Shown one piece after another: positions 14,101 through 26,300 of a DNA stretch of 64,000 nt; position 1 is the stretch's first letter, and every line of letters starts with the position of its first letter. This DNA comes from Raillietiella orientalis. Lineage: Eukaryota. The stretch lies in assembly GCA_036172245.1 (NCBI GenBank), contig JAYWIR010000016.1:806001-870000 (forward strand). Direction: 5' to 3'. Below the pieces are notes generated by a model. It made no database searches. It had not been told where the DNA came from and was given only the letters and a program-made list of their open reading frames with translations. The position numbers and the translations under genes are program-made.

Positions 14101-14900
14101 CCCCTGAATCGTCCCAGCGCCCACCAGGGGATCGTATCGCCCACTTTGAGAAGCGCAGAGTTAGAGGATGAGCCCTCATCATTAAAGTGCCAGAGGGAAT
14201 TTTGGAAATTTCGATTTTAGAAGTTTCCGATCTTCAACGCGGAACAAAGGGTCGACGAGACTGCATGTTCACCCCACTCCCTGCCCCCCTCCTCCTCCAG
14301 AGGAATGCATCCTGCTGCTAATGAAACGCCATTTCGACGGCTTCCCCTAGCAGTGGCTTTCTATGGCATTCGTGAGAGTTGGAGGATCACCGCGCCCCAC
14401 CATCGCCCGCGTTCTTCTCGGTGCGGGGAGAGACGGATCAGATTAAAGTGTTCTGGGGCTTGACATTAGCATTCTCTGCAGCTTGGTCAGCTGTCACCGG
14501 AACAGAACCGGGGCTAAGGCATGCCTAGAGACGAATAACGACCAAGGAAGGATTAATTACGCCTGCTCGAGGCGGTCGGCTGCTGCCAGCGCCTGTGGAT
14601 CCTCCTCCCGAATAGGGAGGGCACGCAAGGATCGGGGGGAGGCTTTCGCAGACGGGAAACCACCTACGACCAAGGCGCAAGTGCGCCGCAGTCGTCATCG
14701 AGTGCAAGAGGATCCGCCCGGGGGCGGGCGAGGATGCAGACAGAGCACGAGCTTCCCACGCGGCCCATCTGCTGCCCGAACGGCGCTGCAGCTGGGGCTG
14801 CGCGCACTTGGGCTGCTGCTGCAAATGAGGCTTCTTCGGGCCACACATCAATTTCCCCAAATCAGTTTTCATCTGCTAGCTGTACGCGAGGAATCCTTCG
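11161..14900 (-). mobile_element. Family X retrotransposon, long decayed copy interrupted by the hAT MITE
   Basis: SVFPMTWEKTMLLFLHWGLRCNQS and AGKTQLLGGWKTCEL match the other copies; 3' end AATAGGCACCCCGGC. SLWHFN (post-endonuclease motif) lies near 14180, beyond the MITE. The 5' limit is approximate. Confidence 0.7.
13093..14158. mobile_element. Non-autonomous hAT (Charlie/Buster-like) DNA transposon or MITE
   Basis: Degenerate TIRs CATAGGTTCCCAAACT and CTGCGCTTCTCAAAGT (reverse complement of the right end). 8-bp TSD ggttagag (13085-13092) vs agttagag (14159-14166) with central TA. AT-rich noncoding interior inside GC-rich LINE sequence. Confidence 0.8.
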
Positions 14901-15399
14901 TTTCACCAGGAGCAAATTGGTCGGAACTGTTCTGTCCTGCTGATCCCTCCCCCCCTTCAAAAAAAAAGAAAAGATAAGATAAGAAAAAGATGTTTCCACT
15001 TCTAAAATTTGCGTGCTTTCGAGGCCTTCACTCGTTTCCGGGAGTCCCAAAATGAAAGACGGAATGGTTCCTCTCAACCCCTCAGCTGCACGTCCGTGAC
15101 GGAACAGAGAGGTTCTTGAACCTAAACGCTGCTGACAGGAAGTCCCACGGAGCTGTCTTGTTAATAACCTGTGAATGGAATTGCTAGCGGGCTATGACCT
15201 TGGCTTAAAAGCGGTCATCCTGCTGTAGCAGGGATAATCGCTCCCTGTTTCCGTTCGAGCGCAACGGAATTGTTCTCTCGTTCCTGTAGAAACGTGGGCA
15301 AGGATGCAATCGTGGAGGGAGGGAGTGGGACTCCTGAAATACACGGCAACGTCACGTGTCTTGGCCCCATCCAGGCTCCTTCGAAAGCCTCCAGTGCTC

Positions 15400-16700
15400 G
15401 CCCCTTTGAAACGACGAAGCATTCCACGCCGAGAGAGACCAGCTAAGTTATCCCCCTACCTTAGTTCAGTCATCCCGCTGGATGGAGTTTGGGGATTTTT
15501 CGGGAGCGAGCAGCCTCGTTTCCTCCCGAAAAATCTATTTTCGATCCGCCCTTGCAACTCTTTGGACGGGAAGGAGCGCACGGAGAACGAAACGGTCAAC
15601 GTGGGATTGCACACTTTCAGTTTTCGTGACCTGCCGTTGACTGAATGGACATGTGCAGAATTCAAAGCAAATGATCACCGGAAAATACATAAGCGGCCTG
15701 TTCCATCGATTGGAGGTCTTGGAAATCGTTCCTTCCAGACTTTGCGCTCGATCGAATTCAAATCTCAAACGCACAGAGTAAACGCCTATCTGCTCAGCCG
15801 TTTGTTTATGGGTTTTCGAGGAAGCTGGAACACGCCCTGGGGGGCAGCATTTCAAACGTGAGGACAGCGGCCAGCCAAATGCCTTCGAAGACGGCAGACG
15901 CGCCGCTCTTGTGACCAGGATTTTTTTTCCCCCCGTGGGATCACAGCCGCAATTGGCCTCTTCTGTGTTCTTTATCTGAAGCTCGCACTGGTCACCTGAA
16001 GCTCGGATTCTGCCAGAATCCAAAATGAAACAACTTTGACCTTTGTTAGCATTCTGCATAAGGAATGACGCTGCAGAGAAACTAAGCCGAAACGAGCTGG
16101 AAATGAGGATGCGATCAGTGTTTTAAGAGAAGAGCCACTGGGCTTTCGATCTGGTTGGTGGGCCTTGTCAATGGCTTCTTGCCGGTGTTTGCAGTGTGAA
16201 TGCGGACGCCAGCTCAAGAATGGTGCCTCAAGCACATTGCGAGCACTCACAAGCAGTTGGCTTGCACAGAATCTTTGCGCCGCTTTGGCACTGGGCCAGC
16301 CTGAGTCGCCCGTTCGTGTCCATGACCTCCATCTCCAAGGTTACCCTAGTCAACAGTTCTGGCTTTTGTTTGTTCTTGGCGAAGAGTTTCCGGAACAACC
16401 TATTATAGCTCCCCCAACGTGCATCAAATGAACTCTGGAAAACCGAGTGGTCGGAAGGGGTCTCGTGCGACCACAAGGGACTGGTTTCCACAAAGGACTC
16501 CGGCAGGAAGCGAGAGATCTTTCTGGATGACCCTGAAATCTCAACGGGCTTATGTATCGTAGCATCATCGTCTTTGGACACCGGCAAAGCACGGCAGAGG
16601 CTGTTTGTGATGGTTTGCGATGGCCTGCTGTTGCCATCGCTACGCTGACCGATCCACGTGCTGCTTGAGCACGCCATCCTCGTGCACAGCGCGGACGCAG
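15400..16700. mobile_element. Highly decayed L1-like fragments
   Basis: + strand KLSPYLSSVIP and PSIGGLG; - strand SRKISRFL..PSDH (APE C-terminus-like). Confidence 0.35.
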
Positions 16701-18777
16701 CATCACACTGCTGGAGGAGGAAGTCTCGTTATCTATGATTTGCATTTTTTAAAGGTTGCGAAAAGGTTTCTATTTTTTGTTTTCCCCAAGCGCAGCGGCG
16801 GAAGCTCATTTCTTTCTTAAGGTGGCCTCCACTGCCTCTAGACCCGCCCAAATGATAAGGGAGGCACCGATGAACACTTGGCTAGCACTGCATCATTTCC
16901 GCAGAACACGAACCGATTACGAGAACATCCCCGTTGTTGCTTTTAACGTATGAAGTCCAAATTTAGACCCAAAGTGTTTGTGGCTGCATCTTGGCTGCAG
17001 ACCATCGGAGATGGACTGATTTGAGTATCAAGATTCAGTTCCGCATGATAATGAAGAATGAGCTATTAGTGGTTGATTTTTTCGTATCGCATGGCCAATT
17101 AAGCGCACTTCTGGAACAGTGCGCCTTACTTCTTGCAGCATCACTTCTGACTACCACAAGCAATGCTTGTAGTCTTTTCGAAATCTGATTCTGCGACCCA
17201 TCGCATGCTTTATCTCTCTCACTGATAGTATCTAATCGCTGAAGGAGGCGGCGGCTGTTTGCATAGAGAATCGGCTTGACATACTCTTTAATCTACGAAG
17301 CCATTTTGTCCTGAAGATTGGTGCTGTTCCGATGTGGATTTGTTGATGCGAGAGTCACGGATGAAATTCTGTTTTCCTTTTATTTTTTTTTTGCCCTTTT
17401 CGGCAAACGAAAAGGCAGGAAACCACACTGGAAAAACAGGAAACACAACGAACACTTTTAGTTTACCGCTCAACAGGTGCATCGGTTGCTTGGAAACCAT
17501 TTGTGGAAGCTCCAGTCCGCGAAGAGATGTTCTCATTCCTGTGGGGAACTTTGATAAGGATGAAAAAAAAATTCGTTTCGCTTCGTCCTTATGTTTTTTT
17601 TTTCCTTTCTTTCGCAATATGCGCGTCGCACTTGATGCAAATGAGGGTGGTTGCTTCACCGCATGAAATGAAGGAGCGGCGGAGCTGATCCATCCATCCA
17701 TCAACAAATGAAGCGCAGCTTCCTCTTTGTGCTTGGGGAGCTGTTCCTGGGAACATGCTCCCCAAGAAACACCCGCTGCAGTCTTTCGACAGCCGCGTCA
17801 GCTGTTCCGTGGAGGACGCGGTATAAACGCCAAGCACTTCCGGATGCAGACCTAGTCTTTTGAGGCCACACAGCTCTCGCCTATCTCTTGCAAACAAGCA
17901 AGAATTTCGATTCCCGGTCGTCCAGCATGTGAAAAACGACACGCACACGTGCAGACGTAGGTGTCACCCACGTTGCACGATACGTAGCTTCTGGTTTCAG
18001 GAAACGAACTGGGTGCTTTTTATTTGACGTTCGTCATAAGAAAGATTGTTCCTCCCTAAGGATCTGCTGATGGAAGGCTACCATTGCCTTTTTGTTCCAC
18101 GAGTGCTCTCCTTTACCTTTTGCCTTTGGGATGTGTTTCTTTCTTGCTCCGCCTGCGTTTCTTGTCCCTTCCCAATGGCGAGCGGCTGCTGTCCTTCGAA
18201 CAGTGTTTCGTGTTTTCTTTCCCTCCCAGCCAAACGTGGATTCCTCGTGTTCGGGATGTTTGTGAACTCATACGTCCATCACAACTCAGCATTCTTCTCC
18301 GCATTCTCGATCCGTTCTCATGCACTTTATGTAGTCTAAACAGAAACGAATTTTGATCCTCTCCCCCCCCCTTTCTCCCTCCCTCCCCAACATAGTTTGC
18401 TAAAGGCGATGAAGGCTTTTAGAAAACAAAATGTTTGCTTCCTCACATTGTAGGGCAAAAAATTTCATTGTATTCATTTCCTATGAATCTTGCTGGACAG
18501 AAAGCAAGATGTGAAAAAGTGTGTTTTCTTGCTTGCAAAGTACGCTTCTTTCGCGTCGAAAATGACGTGGAGGATGGCTTGACGACGATCAGGAGACGCC
18601 AACATCAACACTACGTTCACAAGAGGGATAAATAACTGAAAAAGGAAAACAAAACCCGAATGAGAAGAGCCGGATGCTCGTTCTCGGGGAGAGTAGCTGG
18701 AATCACTTAAATTCCCTAGACTGTGTCTCCTTTTAGGGGAGAGGGGGTAACTAGAGTAGTAGAGTAAAACTAACCGG

Positions 18778-19103
18778 ATGCAAAGTAAGGAAGTCTTTTC
18801 CTTTTCTTTTTCTTCATCGAGGAACTAAAGATTTTCAAAGATACCGCTAGCGGCTGACTTTCTGGCAACACGGCACGCACATCCCGTCCACTGACTCAAA
18901 TATTCAGCATAGAGTTGACCTTGCTGGTGCCAAAGCACCATCCGTAGACCTTGAGAGCATTTATGTGGTGTTCCTGTTGGTTGGCCTCATAAACGCAGCC
19001 ACATCATCACCACAGTCCGCGTCGGCGGCTGCGTGGAGAAACCAGCCGCCCAGCGTTGCGGGATCGAATCCCACACGGGGAAGGGGCAACGCCCAGAAAC
19101 GGG
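18778..19103 (+). other. Candidate 5' exons (signal peptide) of the alkaline phosphatase gene
   Basis: ATGCAAA|gtaagg (18778-18784) spliced to ccgtag|ACCTT (18948) gives MQNLESIYVVFLLVGLINAATSSP, which looks like a signal peptide. No strong phase-1 donor was found to join it to 23343, so the link is unproven. Confidence 0.35.
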
Positions 19104-19729
19104 TGCGTCCTGGACCGCCGGAGCCGCCGCGTCCGTGGTTTCTGGTGCGGTGGCACTGGTGGGAGTAGCCCCCCGGGATCCCTCCAGGAGTTAAGGAGCA
19201 CAGGTTCCCTTTGGCTCTCCCCTCCGGTCGTGAAAATGGAGTTGGTTGACATCCCCCTCGGGGGTTGCTGCCTCTTCAGAGAGTAAGAAGCGCGCAACTT
19301 CATTGAGGGAGCGTCCTCCAGGGGAGGAATCAAGGAGCCGGTTTCTTAGCGGGTTCCCATCGGCGAAGAAACCCTCCGAAGAGAATAAGGAAGAGGGACT
19401 TCCCCTTCATGATTCCCTTCGGAGACGACCAGGGTGAAGGGTTCCCTTCGGGATTCCCTACCAAGCTTGAGAGGCACAGACTCCTTCCTCTGGAGCCTTC
19501 CTGGATGTATAAGGCGTTTCCATTTCGGGGCATCCCTTATCTTGAGGAGCTAATGAGCACCCTCAGGTGGCGTGGAACAATGCTGAAGAGTTTCGTGAGG
19601 TCTTAGGCGAACGGTTCTTCAGTTCTTAGCAAACCAAAAAGAAGAATTCCCCTCAAAAAAAAAAAAAAAAACTGGAAGGAAAGTAGAGAAACAGAAGAAC
19701 CCTAACAGGATCGTCAACCATCGTACCTT

Positions 19730-20500
19730 AATCCCCTCTTCTTGCTGCCCTCCCTAAGGGACGCAAAGGGACAGAGTGATGCCGGCAAGGTGGGAATAGC
19801 AGCAAAGACAGAACTCCTGGTTGCGTGGACAATCCAGGAATTGACGTACGCTGCGACCCCGAGTGTCCCACCCCAGGGAGAGCTGCTCGACATCCCTCCG
19901 GAGGAGGTGAAGCGGCCATCAGCGTGCTGGAACAGTGGCGACCTCCCTCTCTAGTGGCAGGAGTTGGAGCTGCTGGTGTTGCATAGCGGACTCCGGTGCA
20001 AGGTGCGCCTTCACCACTGGATACGGGGGAGGGTGAGCGCTCAGTGCGACTGGGGCGGGAAGAAGGACACCCTCCCGTACCTGCTGTCAGCAACTGTGCT
20101 GCCCTGAGACCCCTTAGGACCACCCTTGAATCCAGGCGGGCTTTCCCAGGGACATTTTCAGACGCCTCTTCGCGCGTACCGCACTGCCGCCAGCTGAGTC
20201 CCTCGCAGTTCCCTGATGTTTTCGCGGGACCATGGAGACCTGGAACGCAAGAAGAGTCCAGAATGGAAAGGATGCCATCCACTAGACGGCACTCTCTTTG
20301 AAGGCAACCTCGAGATGGTCTCACCCGGGAGAGACGCGGACAGTATCCTGAACAGGATGCTGTCCGAGGTGATCATCGTCCTAGGCCGATAGTAACGATC
20401 TTCCTGTGAGGTATCTGTTGACCTTTTAACATAATTTCGGGGTCAACAGTGGTGCTCTAGTAGACCAAATCGTTCTCTTCCTTATCTGTATGGCTTTTCA
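19730..20500 (+). mobile_element. Family X retrotransposon 3' fragment
   Basis: AAKTELLVAWTIQEL..WQELELLVLHSGLRCKVRLHHWIRGRVSAQCDW aligns with the other copies; hairpin at 20415-20449. Confidence 0.7.
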
Positions 20501-21339
20501 AACTTTCAGGTCTCACGAAGGGTGAACGTCTCCAACGCTCCTTGAGAGCACGGGCGACTTTGCCTCGGTTGCGCGCTTCCAGTTTGCTCGAGCATCCCTA
20601 AAAGATCGTCTGGGAACACCACTGTGGATCTCGGATGATGGGCGGAAAGCCGTCTTTCCCGCTGATCGTTGAACGTGCTGGGAATCCCCAGCGCAGATTC
20701 TGCGCGCCCGTTCCACTACACGCGGAGAATTCTACCTTCTGATGTCCTTCTTGCGTTGGGAGAAAAGTCGTGCGCGAAAATGCACTTTTTAATCTTTTTA
20801 AAAAAGCACACACACACACACATACACACACACTTTCACGAGACACACATGCGTTAGCTTTGTAGTGAAAATATGGCGGATCGCTGAGCGCTGATGGCTT
20901 CAAAAGGAGAAGAAACGTCCACGCAATCAACGCTCTTCGACAAATGTTACCGAGGACGAAGCGGCTTGGTCAGCTTTGTGTTTGTGTTGAAGAATCCTCC
21001 TTTGAAATCCCGAGAGCTTCCGAAGCTTCTGATCTCTTCCTTTCGCAACCTTTCTGATTAATATGAGCATACACGTGCCCAAGAAAGAGGATCCTGTCAC
21101 GAAGCACGTGGCCAGCGATTTGGCTACCCAACCGATAAGTCATCAGAATGCTCTCTTTTTTAGAGCCACCTCATCGGATGGACCCCGAGTGCTTGAGGAT
21201 AGGTATCAGCGAGGGATCTGTTTCGTTTTTTCGAGAACAGCGATGTACCAAGGTGCAGCTTCCAGAAAGCAAGGTGTCCTTTGGGAAGTCGAACGGCTCT
21301 CATGGTTTTGCCCCTAAAAAGAGAATCGCTCGCTTTTAA

Positions 21340-22200
21340 GCGCTGTACCATATCTTGATGGTTCCTGGTCCTCTTGTGGAAGATGAGAACCTGCGACGGC
21401 TCGAAAGAAACGTGATTTTCTGTATGATGCAGCCAGTGTTTTCGGAGCTCAAGGAACAGGTCCTTTCATCCTCTTCGGAAGGGAGACCACAGGATACGAA
21501 TGCGCACTCTTCTTGAGCACTGTTACTGCTGTCTTTTGCAGCGCAGCGCTTGATTTCGATTCTTTTCGTGGATTCCCGGGCTATTTTCCGGTTGATCCCG
21601 TTTCGTTCGGAAGTGTCCTGAAATGTTTCCCATCCCGAGCGCATGTACTGCTTTGAACTTTCGAAATTGCAATCTTTGGGATGCAACGCAAAAGCTCGGG
21701 CAGCTTGCAAGAACAAGCTCGTGAGAGCTCACTATCAGGATGGTGAAGCACGCATCATGTTGTTTCGAGCTAACGAGCTCATTCGTTCGGAAAGACGTTA
21801 TCGTGCTGTATCACAGGAAGGATGGTGATACTGTGGATCTCGTTTCCAAGCAGACTGGAAGGGCAACGTCCACAAACGCTGCGCACCTGGGTCTAAAGCG
21901 ATCACCAGCATGGAGTCTCTTCGAGCGGGGGTTGCAGTGCAACGTGGAACGGATGCACCCAAGTGTGTTCCTGCTGCAAAAATCCACTCCACGAAGGGAA
22001 CTCTCTCCAAACTGGAAAGAAGTCGTTGAAAACAACCGGGCTGCTGGTGTTCCTGAAATGAGCAACCAATGGCGCCAGGAGGCTCGGAAATCCTGGTTCC
22101 TCCGAACCTGCGAAAGGTTTGCTCTGGCGGTGGAAGGAACGTCTTCCAAGACACAGAGTTTTTAAGCGATGCCCAACATTCGCTCTATCGGTAGGCAGGT
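21340..22200 (-). mobile_element. Decayed L1-like fragments
   Basis: IRSTLHCNPRSKRLHAGDRFRPRC resembles the family X Zn-finger lead-in. Confidence 0.35.
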
Positions 22201-23342
22201 GTAGTTTGCATTGCATGTTGCAGGCCTCTGGTTAAAGTGCAATCGGTGACACATCAACACACACTGACTTCATCAAATGCCAATAGCATTGGCAAAATGA
22301 TATCAATCCATCTCAGCTTACTCGACTTGAAGAGGCAAAAACGGAAGACGAAACGTGGAAGTTTCGTGCAGTTTGTGTTCCAAGCCCTGCGATGAATGGG
22401 TAGTCTGCTAAATTATGCGAAGATCGTTAGAGTGAGTCAACTTCACGTCATCAGCAGCAGCCAGGGATGTCTCCCGGAGGGAAGGGAAGATGGAACTGCT
22501 CAGCTGCACCTTCCTCAGTGAACGTGCGACAGTAGCAGAACGGTGGGTGTCTGGAAGTGCCGCACGTGATTCGTCGGGAACAGTGGACTGTTCTCGTCTG
22601 TGCGTACGTACAAGGAAGCGACTCACGCGGCATTCGCCCCGTCCCTTTGGTTCACGCTGGACGTCATGTGTTTCCCGGCAGCAGCATCCAGGGTTCGTTC
22701 GTCACAGGGACGCTCGCATCCGACAGCGTTTCTCTTGGTGTTTCTGTTCGCCACGGTGAATGGTGCAAAGATTCGTCCAAATGAAGGTCAGTTCAAGTGC
22801 ACGGTGGGTCTTCCTCTGAGAGTTGTGCTCGTCGCGGGTGGCTGTTTCTTGGCGCTACAAAGATCGTCCATCCCCTTCGGTGTGACCCCTTTGAATCCGC
22901 GTTTGTCGTTTTCCGCGTTGCCCATTACGTTTCGTATTTTAGAGGCCGCAGATCATATCAAGGATGCCCGAGTTCGGTTTCCCTCGCAGACCTTGCACAT
23001 GTGTGGAATCACATCGTTCTTTGCTTTCAGAACGGTTCCCGGAAGTCTTTCGGTCAAAAATTTTTGGGATACGCTTCGTGTGCCACGCGTCTCTGTGCAT
23101 CGTCTCCATTATGTACCTTAAACACTTTATGTATTCATGCAAAAGTTGGCGTCACTTCCTATGAATGTGTGCGTGCACGTATCTACATTGTACGTATGAC
23201 TATATCACACATTATTGCACACACGTGTATGTATGTATCATTACACTGCGTGTGTGTGTAATTATTTCATTGTTTCATTTCGAGAAATTCGTTGTACAAA
23301 TCATGCCTCGATTTTTTTCCCAATTTTCCGTTCTCATTCCAG

Positions 23343-26300
23343 ACCGCAGCTATTGGATGAAACGAGGAGAGGAAGAGCTTCAGCATGCCCTGAATATCCT
23401 GAAAACCAAAGACCCTGTTGCAAAGAATGTTATAGTTTTTGTTGGTGATGGTATGGGCATAACCGTTTCAGCAGCAGCACGCATCCTCAAAGGACAATTG
23501 CAAGGCGAAACAGGAGAGGAAGGAAAACTCTTTTTTGAAAATTTTCCTCATGTTGCTCTAAGCAAAGTAAGTGCTTTTTTTTTTTCTTTTTCTTTTTTGT
23601 GCATCTGTGTCAATGTTTTCCTTGGATTGCTTTTTTTTCTTTTTTGCATCTTGACCTTTCGTCTTAGCAGCTCCCAGCATGTCTTTCTTGATTGGGCTCC
23701 AGAGGTTCAACACTAAGGAGAGTCCTTAAGCGTGTAACAAAAAAAGATACTAAACAGGAAATCAGTGGAATGTCGCCGCCGGCGAAGAGATCCTCGTCTT
23801 TACGCCTGCATTTTGCCCTCAAGAAATTCTAATTCGGAAGAAACAGTTCCCCCGTACACACGGATGTTCCCAGCGCAAAGATTTCGTATCTCCGGCATCC
23901 ATCGGCTCATTTATTCCGTTCTTCTCGCGCCATGTGCGGCGCACACTTCAGCGAGGCCTGCGGTTATACAGACCACTGTCGGTGACTTATCAGATAGCGT
24001 AATAAGCATTTTCAGTAGTCCTTCGAAATGCGTTTCCCGTGACCTGAAGATGAGCCGAAGGCATGAGAGGTTAAAAGCTTCGCACGGCTTCGACAGGGAA
24101 GTGGTACTCGACCTGGCGTGTGCAAATCAAGTGCGCTCTGCTTGACCATTCATGAGGGATGCTTTCTGCTGCACTCAGCAGTACTCGAATGGTGGAGCAA
24201 TTAAGCAATGTATCGGTCCGTGGATATGCAGCTCTGACGGAGAAGGGGCTCTAATAAATGTAGCGTTAAATAGACAGGAAGATTGGGACCGGATATCGCT
24301 AGATGTGTGTGTCGGTTTCCTAGAACTTTCGAACCAGTTCCTCAGGCATCTCGCAGTCCAGTCGGATGAAATGCACCCTCGCTTATCTTCCTTGGATGCG
24401 TACCATAATTGCAGTTCACAACGGCGTGTAAAAGCGCTTCGCGAACGCCTCCGAAACGCTGTTCGAAGTACAGAGTGGTTCACGGCGGGAAAAGGAAGGG
24501 AAGGGAGGGGATCGGAAAAGGGAATCTCAGAAGGAAAAAAAAAAAAAAAGATTTCTGAAAGATGTCGGTTTCGAAGCTTTCCTCGATTGCAATGTTTCGT
24601 GTTGGCGACACCACAACCACGGTATTTATGAGAAGCTCTTATTTTAATTGGTTGTAATTGTGTTTGGGCGTCACATCCCGCGATGACACGGAGATAGCCG
24701 TATCTTGGAGACTATCTTGCCAGATCTGTATTTCTCTTAACCAGTTCTTCACAGATGCCCACGTGATGCTGTGAAATCTAAATGTGCACGTTCATTTCAG
24801 ACGTACTGCATTGATAGACAGGTCCCGGACTCTGCATGCACGGCCACGGCACTCTTCAGTGGAGTAAAAAATAATTTTTATACACTTGGAGTAGATAATT
24901 CAGTGATCATAGAGAATTGTGAAACACTGCTTAACCAAAAGATCCCGTTATCATCGATGGCCAAGTGGGCCCAGGAAGCCCAGAAGGAAACTGGTTAATA
25001 AGTCTATTTGCCATTTGCTTTGCACTTAATCTGAGTGTGTGTGGTTGCCTCATCCCTTCAGCAATTCCATCCCTCCCCTCTTCCCCCCACTTTAAATTCG
25101 CATTGATGAATGTAAATCTCAAGACACCTTTTTGTGAGAATCAAATGGGAAAGATCGTTGTTTCGCATGCATACATGTTTATCTTGATATGTGTCCAAAA
25201 CTTTGGGGCTTTACCGGTATCTAATCAGAGCTTCCTAATAGCGAACAGAAACTCTGCGTTTCTGTAGTTCTGCGTGTGATTCTCTCTGCGAAGGAAATAG
25301 GAAAGTGGGTCTGTTCCTATCTCTTACCGTCCCTAATCCTTCCCGCCATAATCCTTTTGCAGTTTTTTTTTTTTTTTTTTTCGTCCTGTGACATGATAAC
25401 CGCCGTGGTATTCTTCATTCGAGAAGCAGTAGTTTTTATGGAGGAAAATACATGATAGTAGATGCTTGTATCAGTCAAACGCGCGAATATCCATATGTCA
25501 TATATGCGGAGCCAAAAGGTACAGAGGAAAAAAGGTCAATGACGGGAGGTGTGAATCCACAAAGCTTCATTCGATGCGGCACAGATGGCACTGCATAACG
25601 TGGGGTCGCTCGCTCGCTGCCGCGGAGAAGCAGTCACTCGCACGCGCTGCCGAGGCGTAGGTTGCGTGCTCGCGCGCTCGCCCGTCTATCGGGCGCTTCT
25701 CCAAACGCCCCCTCCGAAATCGCGGTTTCGGAAACTTCAATCCTCCGAACTCCTGCACCGAATCTGCTCCTCTGCTTGGGTTCCAGTTTCCGGGTGCAGG
25801 CATCGGGTCTGCTGCATCGGCTGACCTCGGGCCGTCCGTTCATCGAGCGCACGATCTGAGATCCTGTTGGACCTGATGCTCCCGTCGTCGAAGAGCATTG
25901 CTGAAACAGGACGCTCCCCCTTTCCTCCTCCTCCGCTGGAGATGAGAAAAATAGATTGCTTCCCGCCCAGCCTACGGTCGCCGTTGCGGACGAGGCGCGG
26001 GAACTGCACCCAGGACGAATCCTTTGCTCCTCCGGTGTCGTTCTGGGGTTCCTCCTTTGATGTCAGCCGTATCAGCAGGCTGTCCCCCCCCCCTCCCGAA
26101 GCCCCCCAGGCAGAACTTTTCTGCGGATGTCCCGAATCGGGCGTTTCGCTGGCATCCTCAGCCCCCCTCTCTTGTCTGGCACCACGCACCTTTTCGGAAA
26201 ATTCCTGCGGAGATTTCCAGTGGGCGGAGTGTTCGAGTTGTACGAATCATGGGGAATCCTCCCTCTCCCCCCCCCCCACGCGCACCAGGCGACCTGGGCA

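Noticed and set aside
19020..19085. Possible tRNA gene
   Set aside because: Only a T-arm/B-box-like hairpin is present; no acceptor stem, D arm or anticodon arm could be built.
1..22400. Many 60-270 aa ORFs as host genes or an intact retrotransposon
   Set aside because: They are Arg/Pro/Ser-rich chance frames or frameshifted ORF2 pieces; no continuous EN-RT frame exists.
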